DNA of 63,516 nucleotides, counting the filler, from Octopus bimaculoides (lineage: Eukaryota): NCBI RefSeq assembly GCF_001194135.2. It is 6 parts of 6 records of this genome, joined end to end, with 100 filler letters (N's around TTAATTAATTAA, not from the genome) between each part and the next. Parts side by side here need not be neighbours in the genome. Positions count along the whole stretch, not along the records: positions 1 to 12,503 come from NC_068999.1; positions 12,604 to 33,359 come from NC_069008.1; 4 more parts are not named here. One strand, written 5' to 3'. The notes below the pieces were generated by a model. That model had not been told where the DNA came from. It saw only the letters and a list, made by a program, of their open reading frames with translations, and ran no database searches. Below, piece after piece: positions 1 to 13,691 of the stretch. The translations under genes and the position numbers were made by a program. The first letter of the stretch is position 1, and the number at the start of each line of letters is the position of its first letter.

Positions 1-31
<31 letters not shown>

Positions 32-124
32 GTATGTATGTATGTGTGTAAGCGTGCAAACAGGAAGCACGAAGATTTTCAGGTTTTCACACTATGAATA
101 CTTAAGTATAAATATACAGATCTT

Positions 125-319
125 GCCATGCTGGGGCAACGCCTTCATTGATTTTAGTCAAACAAATCGCCCCCACCACTTATTTTTTTTTAGCCTAGCA
201 CTTATTCTATCGATCTTTTCGCCGAACTACTGACGTTATAGGGTCATAAACAGACCACTACCGGTTGCCAAGTGGTGACGGGGGCAACAAACAACGCGTT
301 CACAACGATACACCCGTAG

Positions 320-356
<37 letters not shown>

Positions 357-715
357 NNNNNNNNNNNNNNNNNNNNNNNNNNNNNNNNNNNNNNNNNNNN
401 NNNNNNNNNNNNNNNNNNNNNNNNNNNNNNNNNNNNNNNNNNNNNNNNNNNNNNNNNNNNNNNNNNNNNNNNNNNNNNNNNNNNNNNNNNNNNNNNNNNN
501 NNNNNNNNNNNNNNNNNNNNNNNNNNATATACATATATAAATAAATATATATATACGACGAGTTTCTTTCAATTTCCGTTTACCACATTTACTTGCAAAA
601 CTTTGATCGACCCGAGTCTATAGTAGAAGATAACTGCCCAAAGTGTCAGGCAGCGGGACTGAAACCGGAACCATGTGGTTGGAAAGCAAGCGTCTTATCA
701 AACATCCACGCATAT

Positions 716-718
<3 letters not shown>
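125..718 (-). mobile_element. tRNA-derived SINE family A copy spanning an assembly gap
   Basis: Degenerate reverse-complement match to the full copy at 37525-37929: head at 555-718, 3' domain at 125-300. Confidence 0.7.
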
Positions 719-754
<36 letters not shown>

Positions 755-1510
755 TGTGTCTGTGTGGGTGGTATGTGCGTGTGTGTGCGTGTATGTATGT
801 ATATTAGCTGGCAGACATACATGCTTCTAATTATATACAAAACTAGATCACGTTTAGCCATAAGTCGTTACGAAATATTTCAATAAAGCTTTAGTTATGT
901 GGCGATGAATAATGACTTCAGAAGGGTGTATCAAGATTAGGATTTTTGTAGTATAACGGAATCCTCTTTTCAAAAGTACTAAAATCATAGAAATTGTTCT
1001 TCTTTACTCTTACTAAAGCTGTTATTAATATCTTTCAAATATCATGCAAATAGTTGTAAATTTTAGTACATTTATTTTATTTGAAAACCAAAATAAACTG
1101 AAACAAATATCTGTCAGATGATCATTAAAATATAATTAAACTGTTTAAATTTTAATTTAAGCTAATTTTTAAAATCTCAATCATTAACTGCAAATAAATT
1201 TTGCGTAATAAACGATTTCGAAGCAACAAAATTATTTACAGCACATTTTACGTGGTTAAAACAATGGAAGAAAAAAGGAGGAGGGTTAACGTATATGTTC
1301 GATTAAGATTTTTATTGTTAATATTTGATATTTATGTGTCCAACCAGAATTAATTTAATATTAATGTTATGTCTGATCGAAAAAAAAATCTTTTCCACAA
1401 ATATTTATCTAATTAATGAGTGAATACATGTTAGTGATAATTATACACAAACTAAACTTAAGCAGAACATTCATCCAAATAATTTCACATGTTCTACTTC
1501 CATATATGAG

Positions 1511-1512
<2 letters not shown>

Positions 1513-1597
<85 letters not shown>

Positions 1598-1600
1598 CAT
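1513..1600. repeat. (TTA)n microsatellite
   Basis: Direct reading; immediately precedes a SINE B head. Confidence 0.98.
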
Positions 1601-1607
1601 TACGAAA

Positions 1608-1732
1608 GGCGGCGAGCTGGCAGAATCGTTAGCGCGCAGGACGAAATGCTTAGCGGCATTTCGCCCATCGCTACGTTATGAGTTCAAATTCCGCCGAGGT
1701 CGACTTTGCATTTCATCCTTTCGGGGTCCATG
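1608..1732 (+). mobile_element. tRNA-derived SINE family B, 5' part
   Basis: ggcgagctggcagaatcgttagc...gagttcaaattccgccgaggtcgac: A/B-box-like head, matches copies at 46249-46481 and 47281-47490. Confidence 0.8.
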
Positions 1733-1739
1733 AAATACT

Positions 1740-3292
1740 TCTCTTCAGAAAGCACGTTACGTTCTTTGCAATTCTAAACATATCTAAGCATCCAATGATC
1801 CACGAATGTGGCTTCACATCATCAGGTTTGCGGTAATCCATCTAAGTCATTCCCAAGTTTATCCTGCTTCGCTTACAATCTTTATTACTATTTTCTCTAT
1901 TGCTAATTAGACTTTCCTACCTCTGCATTTTCAACAACGACCTCTTTGTTCATTGAACATTGGTAAAATGTCATTATCATCACGAAATTTGTACATTCCT
2001 TCTGCAATTCCTCCTAATAGTAACTTGCACATTAATGGAAAGCAACGAATTGTTCTGTAATTGTCGACAGCACTTCTTTTCGATAGATTGTTCACGCATA
2101 ACACCGTTTGTCCTTTGGTCAACTACCTTGGAAATTCTTCTGTTCCATGAGTCAATGCATGAAATTCCTCTGCAAACAATTTATGGCTCCTACTGAACTT
2201 TTTAAACTAAATTCTCTCTACACCATCAGGTGATGCTGCTTTGCAAATTGCTCGACGCCTTGCTCACATCCCTGATACTCTCGCCGATAAAGAGGAGAAC
2301 TTCAAGGTGGGGATAAAAAGTTGCTTCTTTCAGACTGCAGTGCTATTCAACTCCATTATTATGTTGTATTGCTTACTCCATATCTCAACCCCAAAAAGTT
2401 GACTTTTATCTGCATCGGGAACTAATCTTTCGCATTAATTACTTGATAAATCATCATTAATTACTTGATAAATCATCATTAATTACTTGATAAAATCTTT
2501 CTTGGTCGATTCGAAGCAATCAGTTTTGTCTGTATTGTTTAGCCGTTGCTCAAATCTACTTCGTTATGTTTCCATGGCGAGTATGCCCTGCTTCACTTCT
2601 ACAACCACAACATTCAGTCCTTTTGTATCAACATCACACTTCTTAAATTCTCATTTTCTTTTCCTGTCAATACTTGACACTGCACTGTTCAGGCAGCTTA
2701 TATTTTCTCATCTTCTCGTTTTCCACAAAGGTTGTTTATTTCCTTTTCTTTCTGTCGGTGCTCTGTTGTCATTGATCTTCAATACTATCCTTTCTGCAAC
2801 AATCCTATTTGAAGCATTGATGAGTTTGTTTATTTATGAGATGTTCTTTGTTGCAATATGTTTTCAATACATTATTGACTTTACTGGTTTCTTGATTTAG
2901 TCTCCATTGATCAGCCATTTTGAAAGCACGCATAAATTCCATCTCTTCTACATTTAATAGATCCAAAAACCTGTTGACTATCATCTGATATTCATCGTTT
3001 AATTGTTCTCTGCTCTCGTACCCTTCACCACTCACGCCAGTGAATTCTTGCGAGAAATTGTCCATTTCCTCTATTATGCCACTTTCATTTTTCATATGCT
3101 CAACATCCCTATAGCTCCTTCTTTTGATAACTTCTAACTCCAATTCTGACAACTAGCCATTCTTTCGTATTACTCTTGCTTCATCTCATAATCACTGTCC
3201 TGTAATTTCAAACAGTTCCATTCCCTTCCATTCTCAATGCAATACGTTGTCTCTCTCCTCTCATCGACTCATCATTTGCATCTACCGGCATG
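1740..3292 (-). mobile_element. R4/Dong-like (REL-clade) non-LTR retrotransposon, 5' half, decayed
   Basis: Minus-strand translation gives GQTVLC...AVDNYRTIRCFPLMCKLL...ILP...EQRG and IEK..IKDCKR..INLGM.MDYRK.DD..PHSWI..CL..F.IA (RT subdomains), and N-terminal WLSELELEVIKR; many stops and frameshifts. Confidence 0.8.
2434..2495. repeat. Short tandem duplication, ~22-bp unit ttaattacttgataaatcatca x~2.7, inside the LINE
   Basis: Direct reading. Confidence 0.85.
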
Positions 3293-3529
3293 ATCCAATA
3301 GCATGCCGGTAGATGCAAATGATGAGTCGATGAGAGGAGAGAGACAACGTATTGCATTGAGAATGGAAGGGAATGGAACTGTTTGAAATTACAGGACAGA
3401 GATTATGAGATGAAGAGTAATACGAAAGAATGGCTAGTTGTCAGAATTGGAGTTAGAAGTTATCAAAAGAAGGAGCTATATGGATGTTGAGCATATGAAA
3501 AATGAAAGTGGCATAATAGAGGAAATGGA
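3061..3529. repeat. Long near-perfect inverted repeat (arms 3061-3292 and 3302-3529, 9-nt spacer)
   Basis: Arms are reverse complements apart from a 4-nt indel and about two substitutions. Confidence 0.95.
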
Positions 3530-5286
3530 TCTATAACCATCATATTCACTTGTTTACTCAAATTTTGTGTCGCAAAATGGTTAACAATGGCTGCTTTACT
3601 ACCGGGACCACCCTGCTGCACAATGGGACAATTACTCTGCAGAGCACATTTGACATTGGCTCCAGTCACGTTCAAATTATTATCTTTAGTTGATTTGTTT
3701 ACCATTTCCACTTATAAATACGCTCCGTTTTTACGCCAACACCTCCTGTTCGGGATCAGAAATGGGTATATCATCAGCGACTAAGGGATATGCTCACCTG
3801 GCTAATATCATACAACAGGAATGAAATCTTTGGTGCTGGGCAGGATATTTGCTGTAGTCCATCCTTTACACAAGACAAAACATGAAGGAATTATGTTGCT
3901 ATCCGTTTTTTCCTATTTGTTCTAGTTTGACGATGCAGCATAACTATATGCTAACGTAGCATCCAGTAGAAACTCTAGAATTACGGTTACCGTTTCCAAC
4001 TTTACTCAGTTTTGTAAACTTTCAGAATAGATGTCATTTTCATACAAGTCCGTTGAAATTCTCCCACCATATAAGGAACAGTTTTTTTTTTTAAATTCGT
4101 ACTCAGAAGAGTTTTCATGTAAATATCGGAAGCGGGAGTACAGCGAGAGTACAGCTAAATTAAAGTTATCTACATGGAGTTGTGCAGAACCAAGAAAAAA
4201 TGGAGGATTTAAATTTATGCAATAAGTGATAACGTTCATATTTAGCATATTTATATCAAGTGCTTTACATATTGATCAATATTATACGTTTTGATTTCAG
4301 TAGCGATATTTTTCATAATTTTGTCATAGACTTCAATTTGGATTCAATGTTATTTCATCTACCAAGTTCATTTCGATTTTTTTGTTTTTGTCTTCATTTT
4401 NNNNNNNNNNNNNNNNNNNNNNNNNNNNNNNNNNNNNNNNNNNNNNNNNNNNNNNNNNNNNNNNNNNNNNNNNNNNNNNNNNNNNNNNNNNNNNNNNNNN
4501 NNNNNNNNNNNNNNNNNNNNNNNNNNNNNNNNNNNNNNNNNNNNNNNNNNNNNNNNNNNNNNNNNNNNNNNNNNNNNNNNNNNNNNNNNNNNNNNNNNNN
4601 NNNNNNNNNNNNNNNNNNNNNNNNNNNNNNNNNNNNNNNNNNNNNNNNNNNNNNNNNNNNNNNNNNNNNNNNNNNNNNNNNNNNNNNNNNNNNNNNNNNN
4701 NNNNNNNNNNNNNNNNNNNNNNNNNNNNNNNNNNNNNNNNNNNNNNNNNNNNNNNNNNNNNNNNNNNNNNNNNNNNNNNNNNNNNNNNNNNNNNNNNNNN
4801 NNNNNNNNNNNNNNNNNNNNNNNNNNNNNNNNNNNNNNNNNNNNNNNNNNNNNNNNNNNNNNNNNNNNNNNNNNNNNNNNNNNNNNNNNNNNNNNNNNNN
4901 NNNNNNNNNNNNNNNNNNNNNNNNNNNNNNNNNNNNNNNNNNNNNNNNNNNNNNNNNNNNNNNNNNNNNNNNNNNNNNNNNNNNNNNNNNNNNNNNNNNN
5001 NNNNNNNNNNNNNNNNNNNNNNNNNNNNNNNNNNNNNNNNNNNNNNNNNNNNNNNNNNNNNNNNNNNNNNNNNNNNNNNNNNNNNNNNNNNNNNNNNNNN
5101 NNNNNNNNNNNNNNNNNNNNNNNNNNNNNNNNNNNNNNNNNNNNNNNNNNNNNNNNNNNNNNNNNNNNNNNNNNNNNNNNNNNNNNNNNNNNNNNNNNNN
5201 NNNNNNNNNNNNNNNNNNNNNNNNNNNNNNNNNNNNNNNNNNNNNNNNNNNNNNNNNNNNNNNNNNNNNNNNNNNNNNNNNNNNNN

Positions 5287-5347
<61 letters not shown>

Positions 5348-5655
5348 ATATATATGTATCTTACATGTTGCACACTGTGAGTGCCAACGGCGGATTAGGA
5401 AACAGACGGTTGGTCTGTCGAGGAAATATCAAACAGGTAAGTGTTCAAGACTAGACAATATATGCGCCAAGAAACCTCCGCATTAACAGAATGTTGGTAA
5501 TTTCTTAATTTCATTTGAATTAAAATTGTGTAATAGTGTCAGACTACACAAGCTACTAATCAACACATACATGTATCACTTGAATTGCTTTGCTATCTTG
5601 TGTTATTCTGTTTATCTCTAGATCTCTCGATTCTCACCTCTATCTTTATGCATAC

Positions 5656-5687
<32 letters not shown>

Positions 5688-6888
5688 CTGTGTGAGTGTG
5701 TGTGTGAGTGTGTGTGTGAGTGTGTGTGCGTGACTGCATTGAATGAATAAAATTCATAGACTCACGTGTGCGTGTATGTGAGTGTATACGTGTGCNNNNN
5801 NNNNNAAGCATGTGTAAACAGATGTAAAGAGAAAGCATCAGCCCAGACTTTAGCTGCGAAAGCCTGAGCTATGCCAGAAGTACTCAAGCTCCTGTCAGTG
5901 GCTTCAATGCTACAGTGGTCCAAGGCTAGAGGATAGAACTCAGACTAATATGGTCCACCTCCTCCCGGAGGTGAAACGTCCGTTTGCGTGCGCCAACAAC
6001 CCCACCAATATAATGTAAAACGCAAAGTTACACATCATCAATGACAATTCAAAACCTACTAGACCACGTTGAAGGGTTTTCTTTGGGAGGCAGGAAACAA
6101 GGTGGAAAAAGAAAATGGAAGTAAAATTAGGCTATTGGCAACAAAACCAGAATCTGACCTAATTGGAGGGAATCTGAATTGTTTAAATAACATGCTGGGA
6201 TTACAGTTAAATTTCTTTAAAAGCCATAACATGGACCTTAAAGGATGGCATACAAGCGAACACTGACACGTTCGTGGATATACATATAGACGTATAATGA
6301 TTCTTAAACTATATCTTCGCAAATGATTCTTTAGCTTCTCGGTAACGTATACACAATATTGTTTTTTTTTCTTGCTCTCTCTCACTCTCTCTCTTTCTCT
6401 CTCTGTGTATATATATGTGTGTGCGTTTTCCTTTGTGTATATGTATACATTAGACAGAGACACTAAACGACAGATATTTTTTTTTTAAATACAAACTATT
6501 CATTTTGATTTATTATCGGAGATAACATACATACTTAAATCAGATCTGAGCGCCTTGTAGTAATGTAGCACACCTAGAATTAATACGACGTTTCTACATT
6601 CGATATGAATATTTTTCTGCAATATCTCATAGTTGTTTGGGAGAAAACAGTTTCATAGAGATTGAAAACTAAGCAACTACTAAATGAATATGAAATATCC
6701 AACGATGCATAACGTATTAAATCAATCACCTGTAAATGTTAATGTCTAAAATTAAAGGTTTAACATATATAACATAGCATATCTTACAACCTCTTTTTCT
6801 AATTTTCTGCTTCTCTCTTCTTGGCTGTCACCCTGACTTTTTCTGATCGCTCTCTATCCCTTCTCTCTCTCTCCCTCTCCCTCTCTCC

Positions 6889-6964
<76 letters not shown>

Positions 6965-7324
6965 GTATATGTATGCGTGCATAGATACGCGTGTATACAT
7001 ATATATCCGGAAGAATGAATAGGCAAAACGTGGTATCTCTTTTGAGCATGTAATTTTTAACTCAAATATTATTGTAGAGTTATTAGAGTAACGGAATTAA
7101 GAATTTGTGTATAAAGCCTCCTACAGCATTTTCTAGAATAGCTTCCTCAGAAAAGTTAAATTCTTTGTCTTCAGAGACAAGGAATTGATATTCGTACCAA
7201 GCAGGTCCTCAAAGTGAGAATGATGTAGATTACGAACGGAAGGCCTACGAGTAATACACGTCAGTATGAAAGAAAAAGTCATGGATGCAAGAGAGGATAG
7301 AAACTATCAGATTTATTGAGTTAC

Positions 7325-7369
<45 letters not shown>

Positions 7370-9348
7370 NNNNNNNNNNNNNNNNNNNNNNNNNNNNNNN
7401 NNNNNNNNNNNNNNNNNNNNNNNNNNNNNNNNNNNNNNNNNNNNNNNNNNNNNNNNNNNNNNNNNNNNNNNNNNNNNNNNNNNNNNNNNNNNNNNNNNNN
7501 NNNNNNNNNNNNNNNNNNNNNNNNNNNNNNNNNNNNNNNNNNNNNNNNNNNNNNNNNNNNNNNNNNNNNNNNNNNNNNNNNNNNNNNNNNNNNNNNNNNN
7601 NNNNNNNNNNNNNNNNNNNNNNNNNNNNNNNNNNNNNNNNNNNNNNNNNNNNNNNNNNNNNNNNNNNNNNNNNNNNNNNNNNNNNNNNNNNNNNNNNNNN
7701 NNNNNNNNNNNNNNNNNNNNNNNNNNNNNNNNNNNNNNNNNNNNNNNNNNNNNNNNNNNNNNNNNNNNNNNNNNNNNNNNNNNNNNNNNNNNNNNNNNNN
7801 NNNNNNNNNNNNNNNNNNNNNNNNNNNNNNNNNNNNNNNNNNNNNNNNNNNNNNNNNNNNNNNNNNNNNNNNNNNNNNNNNNNNNNNNNNNNNNNNNNNN
7901 NNNNNNNNNNNNNNNNNNNNNNNNNNNNNNNNNNNNNNNNNNNNNNNNNNNNNNNNNNNNNNNNNNNNNNNNNNNNNNNNNNNNNNNNNNNNNNNNNNNN
8001 NNNNNNNNNNNNNNNNNNNNNNNNNNNNNNNNNNNNNNNNNNNNNNNNNNNNNNNNNNNNNNNNNNNNNNNNNNNNNNNNNNNNNNNNNNNNNNNNNNNN
8101 NNNNNNNNNNNNNNNNNNNNNNNNNNNNNNNNNNNNNNNNNNNNNNNNNNNNNNNNNNNNNNNNNNNNNNNNNNNNNNNNNNNTATATATATATATATAT
8201 TAGTATATATATTCACATACATATATACGACTATAGAAAGGCACAGGGGATACAATAATGAGTAAAGAAGGGGCAATTCAAATTACAGTATGAGGAAGAA
8301 CATATGTGTAATGGCAAGTAAAACGGAATTGTTGTGGTGATGTTCGGCGTGCGTTAGAATTCTGAGGAAGCCAAATAGGATGGGGTAGCGTTTGGGGTTT
8401 GTAAACAAGAGGGAGCAAGTCTACAGGCAATAGCAATTTAGCATAGTGGCTTCAGCATGTGGTGGAGAAGGAGTTATAATAGATTTTAGGGGAAAGGTTA
8501 TAGGGCAGCGGGGTAGAGAGATCAGGGGTTAACTTCAATAGATAATAATGATGTCATTTATAACGATATCGTATACGTTCACTGGAAGTAAATAAAGTAT
8601 TAATTCGTACTAGATTCGAGTGAAGTATAGCGGATTACGATAAAATACAAAAAAATAAAAGTTAAGGAAAATAAAGTGAATAAATAGATTAAATGGTGTA
8701 AGTATACTAATCTGATTTATTAAATAGTGTTTCATTTAAATAGGTCAATTATAAGCTACGTGAAAAGTCAACATATATAACAAAATGTCACTATATGAAA
8801 TATGTTCGCTGTACGGCGAGTTAAGACAGATTAAAATAAGGTAAAGTATATTAATTTAATTAAATAAGCTGATGCTATATTTCGAATATGTTTCAGTGCA
8901 GGTGATGTGTGTGTAAGAGAATTATACAGAGAGAGATTTCTGTTACTACTTACGATCGCTCACATATAGTATATATATATTTTATCATATAGATATATTT
9001 GCAAAGATATAGTTTACGAATTATTATATTTATAATCCTATATAAGCGTGTCTGAGAACGTGTGAGTGTTTATATGTATGCCTGTATTTAAGACCCAGAA
9101 AATTAATTTGAACGACAGTTACCTGTAGTTCCGGAATGTTACTAAAACGATTCGGATTCTCTCTAGTTGGTTCAATTGCTGCTGATGTAGCCTCTAAAGA
9201 AATTTTATGTCAAATAATACAAAATTCTTAAATTTTTTTTATTAACAAAATTTAGAACTGATTCATTAATTCACAAATCTAAACCCCTAAAAGTCAACCA
9301 AGTATTTAATTTTTAATTGTTGTAATTTTATACATGTTAGGTTTTTGT

Positions 9349-9388
<40 letters not shown>

Positions 9389-10774
9389 AATAATCGCTAA
9401 TTTATTGATGTCCATTGCATCTTTGCTGTGGTTTATTTAATATTTTGACAAAGGATATAGTAATTTTGTTATTAAATGATTTTTAATATAGTGGCTGAGT
9501 TTTTTCAGTATATTTATTCATACGATGAATAAGTTTTATAAAGAAATTATAAGTTATAATTGAATAAATTTGAACCAGCAACTGCGGTTATATATATAAT
9601 TCAAATTTGGTTGAAAGTAAATTCTAAAGTCCTAATAGTCAACCAATTATCACTTTTACTTGCCAAACCTCCATTTTCATCCTAACCATTTTTGAGATTC
9701 ACTCATTTCCTTGAATGGTTTTGTGATGTATGGAAATTTCGGTGTAGCACCATAAAATATATACAAGATTCATTCGAATTCTACTTTGTCATCTCCAAGA
9801 ATATCTAAAGAGATTTTGGAAAGTTTTGCGGATTTCCGTTGTACAATATGTAAACCAACAGCTTGATTTATTTAAAACTAATGGCATGTATAGAATTCCA
9901 ATGAGGTGAAATAATTTTTTATTTTATTTTACTTTACATATTCATTGGAACTACGAAGTTCGAGGCGATGAAAAAGTAAATTATTTAGCATCTGTATGCG
10001 AGCGCCTGTGTGTACATAGGTTTTTGCAAGTGTTTGTTTGCGTAGGATGGTATTATCGAGTAGGAGAATAGTACACAGAGTAATACTAGAACATAATATT
10101 GTCTATTTCGGTGGATCTAGTAAACTGTTGAGCTAGACATTTTCTGCTGTACAAGTGTACAAGTGTTTCAACAGTCAGACAATAAAAGAGGTACAATCCG
10201 GAAAAGGCCGCAGAAACGGACTTCTGAAACACACTTCAACTTATCCATCTATCGGTTTATTTATTTATCTATCTAACAACACACACGCAAATAAACACAC
10301 ACACACACACACACACGCATAAGTGCAATTATTTATCGTCGGCTCGCTTAAAAAAATGATATTCCTTTATAAGTGCTAATTTAGACTAAACTCTGGATTC
10401 ACAAGAAACGCATATGCAAGCTGCCCGAGAAATTTTTTAAAAAATTGTTATTGTAATTTGTATATATTTATTTTATTATAAATGCAAAACAATACCACGT
10501 AAGAATCCTCGTAAGCTTAAATAATAAACCGTGATAATTGAACCGCAATATGGTGAGGGATTACTGTATACATATATGTTTGATGTGTGTGTACAAACAC
10601 ACACACGCACACGCACACACACACAAACAAACAAACAAACAAACAAACAAACAAAATGCATTGTAGATAGGTCGATAAAGAAAATGGAAGGAAAATAAAT
10701 AGACGAATAAATGGATAGATAGATAGATAGATAGATAACTTTCTTTTATTAGCCACACAGGACTGCACACAGAT

Positions 10775-10919
10775 AGATAGATAGATTGATAGACAGATAG
10801 ATAGGCAGGCAGGCAGACAGACAGACAGACAGACAGACAACAGACAGACAGACAGACAGACAGACATACAGATAGACAGATAGATAGATAGATAGATAGA
10901 TAGATAGCTAGATAGATAC

Positions 10920-10978
<59 letters not shown>

Positions 10979-11000
10979 CATAGATAGATAGATACATAGA
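10775..11000. repeat. Compound (GATA)n/(GACA)n/(GGCA)n microsatellite
   Basis: Direct reading. Confidence 0.95.
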
Positions 11001-11854
11001 TGTACAGCCAATTATCTCACTGTATTATTTACCGTATGTTAACAGTTCACAGCTATTTTCTAACTGGAATGTTTCGGTGGCGACCAATCCGATCTCACTC
11101 TAATCTCTGTATTACGTAGAAACATTATCAACTCTTATTTTTGTTGTTTTTTGCCAAACTAACGTCACATCATTAGGGATACAGAAAATATATCGGGCAA
11201 TCCTAGAACACAATCCATGTTTCACCGCTCGTTATTGCAGCCATAATCATCGTCTTCTCTCTACATTGTTCTTGTTGTTATTGTCGTCGAAGTCGCCGTC
11301 GTCATTGTAGTTATTGTTGTTGCTGTTGCTGTTGTTGTCGGCGTTGGCTGTTGGTTATTGGCGTGCTTATATAGAAATGAATGAAAATGGCGGATCAACA
11401 AGTTTACGAAATTGCACTTCACGAATTCTGTTGCAGTTGATTAGTGAAAATAGCAAATAGTGAAATACATATTTTGTGTATTTATATAAACAAATGCATA
11501 AGATTTGGGGTTTATATGTTTGTCTTGGCTTTGCTTTCTTTTGGTTGCTTATCTTTTCTGAATCTGAAAACAACCAGCTTCATTCGCGTTTATTACGTAG
11601 ACATTAAACTCGAACACGCACACAAACGAATGCACATATATACACATGTATACACATGTATACACATATATACACATGTAGCGTGTTTTTGTTTCCGTGT
11701 GTGAGTAGAGGATGTGCATAGAAATACGTATGTACCCTTAATTGCATTTCGAGAGTTTAACAGGTAGGTGGATATGTAAATTAGGTCTGTACATATTTCT
11801 TTATTTGAATATGTTTGTGCGTGTACATACATAAATACGTAGGCAAATATAAAT

Positions 11855-11925
<71 letters not shown>

Positions 11926-12254
11926 TTAGTAATTAGAGAACATTTTTGTTCGATTCTGTGTGGAAATGTCCCTTAGAAAAGAAAAGGAAGCACTTTTTCT
12001 ATTTATATTATTAGTAACTTTCTTATATATGTACATATATGTGTTGTGTTTTTGCAACACTCTCTCTCTCTCTTTCTCTCTCTATCTGTCTCTCACACTC
12101 ACATACACACAATATATATATATACACATATGCATATATATATATATATACCGGAGTAAGCACATGCAATGTGCAACAAGGTGGAAAAAAGAGTACTCAA
12201 ATACCAGAGGTAGAGTAATATGCTTTATTTAAAAGCAGCAGAAAATATAACAAA

Positions 12255-12300
12255 AAAACCGTTACTCTGAGTTTCACGTTCCCGTTCATCGGACAGTTTT
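12255..12300 (-). ncRNA. Minimal type I hammerhead ribozyme motif (U4C variant) in a solo PLE pLTR-like fragment
   Basis: Minus strand: stem I aaaactgt/acggtttt, core CCGATGA, stem II acg-ggaa-cgt, GAAA, stem III ACTC-a-GAGT, cleavage triplet GUA. Confidence 0.7.
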
Positions 12301-12603
12301 GTTAGAAATGGAGGAAGGATAACGATGCAATCGAAAGTAATATAAAATTTAAAATTTAAAACACATGGATTCGTCTGATTGGTTGTTTCAAATAAGGGCC
12401 ATGGATTGGTCGTTTCAATTAACGGTCAATGATGTGTAATTCACAGACCAAATAAATTTAATACAGATTCACCCTATTAAAAAATATCGAAGAAAACCTT
12501 AAANNNNNNNNNNNNNNNNNNNNNNNNNNNNNNNNNNNNNNNNNNNNTTAATTAATTAANNNNNNNNNNNNNNNNNNNNNNNNNNNNNNNNNNNNNNNNN
12601 NNN

Positions 12604-12651
<48 letters not shown>

Positions 12652-12656
12652 GCACA

Positions 12657-12697
<41 letters not shown>

Positions 12698-13369
12698 AAA
12701 CATATTTCACTACAAGCGTGAATATAAGTCATGAAAATCATTTTTAAACAAATTCCTTCTAGGCATTCAGACATTTTACTTCCAGTTTTCGTCCCTAGGT
12801 GGTGCCACCATACACTGCTGCTGCAAGCTAGATTTCTTAATCATATCTTGATACAGCTGTAACAACAGAGCTGGGCCACGCCTACCAAGGGTATTAACGG
12901 TACACCAGCTGGTGCATACATAGTTACACTAAATACATTATAGGTGTTGTGGTTGTGGTTGGTGTTCTTTAACCCCAGGTCGGTAGATCCATGATCAAAG
13001 AAACACCAGCTGTGACCAGTTCATATTTTATTCAGACATCAGGTACCTCGGACTACATCATCTAATGCGCCTATCCTTGTTTTTCTTGTTTAGCTTCATG
13101 TCAGCTTGATCCAGCATAATCATAATCGAACATGATCATTCTATTTTTGCTGTTGTTGTTTAACCCTGGGTCAGTCCTGATCCAGTAGTGTTATGAGTGA
13201 AAATGCACCAGCTGTGACTATCTCATAAGTTTTCTGACATCGTTTACCTAAGACTACATTATCTTAAATGTTTCCTCTTTTTCTTTGTTCAGCTGCAGGT
13301 CAGCTTGACCTTGGAATATCCTAATCAAACATGTTCCACCTGTGAACATCCTGTCTCTTATTCAGACAT

Positions 13370-13535
13370 TGTGATAATTGCACATTATTTACATTATTTA
13401 CATTTGACAGATATTTGTCCTCATCTTGTTTGTTGTTAACACAACGCTTCGGTTGATATACCTTCCAGCCATCATTAGATGTCTTGGGGACATTTCGAAC
13501 CTGGGTTCTCATTCCTAAGGTCTTTTTCAATGTTA

Positions 13536-13580
<45 letters not shown>

Positions 13581-13644
13581 TCACTGCCTGGAATCAAACT
13601 CGGAATCATGGGGTTAGTAGCCCGCGCTCTTAACCACTACGCCA
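13370..13644 (-). mobile_element. SINE family C (tRNA head + (AAT)n + hammerhead-containing tail)
   Basis: Minus strand: A box TGGCGTAGTGG, B box GTTTGATTC, (AAT)n, then a tail with a degenerate hammerhead at 13438-13483. Confidence 0.8.
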
Positions 13645-13645
13645 A

Positions 13646-13691
13646 GACACCTGATGAAGGCTGGAGGGTATATCAGCCAGAACGTTGTGTT
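13646..13691 (+). ncRNA. Hammerhead motif, inverted fragment of the SINE C tail, GAAA box mutated
   Basis: agacac CTGATGA a ggctg-gagggtatat-cagcc AGAA c gtt gtgtt. Confidence 0.55.

Noticed and set aside
1810-1830. CTGATGA on the minus strand as a hammerhead
   Set aside because: Lies in RT coding sequence; no stem II/GAAA arrangement.
8270-8540. Possible CR1-like 3' end on the minus strand
   Set aside because: Similarity too weak to support by eye.
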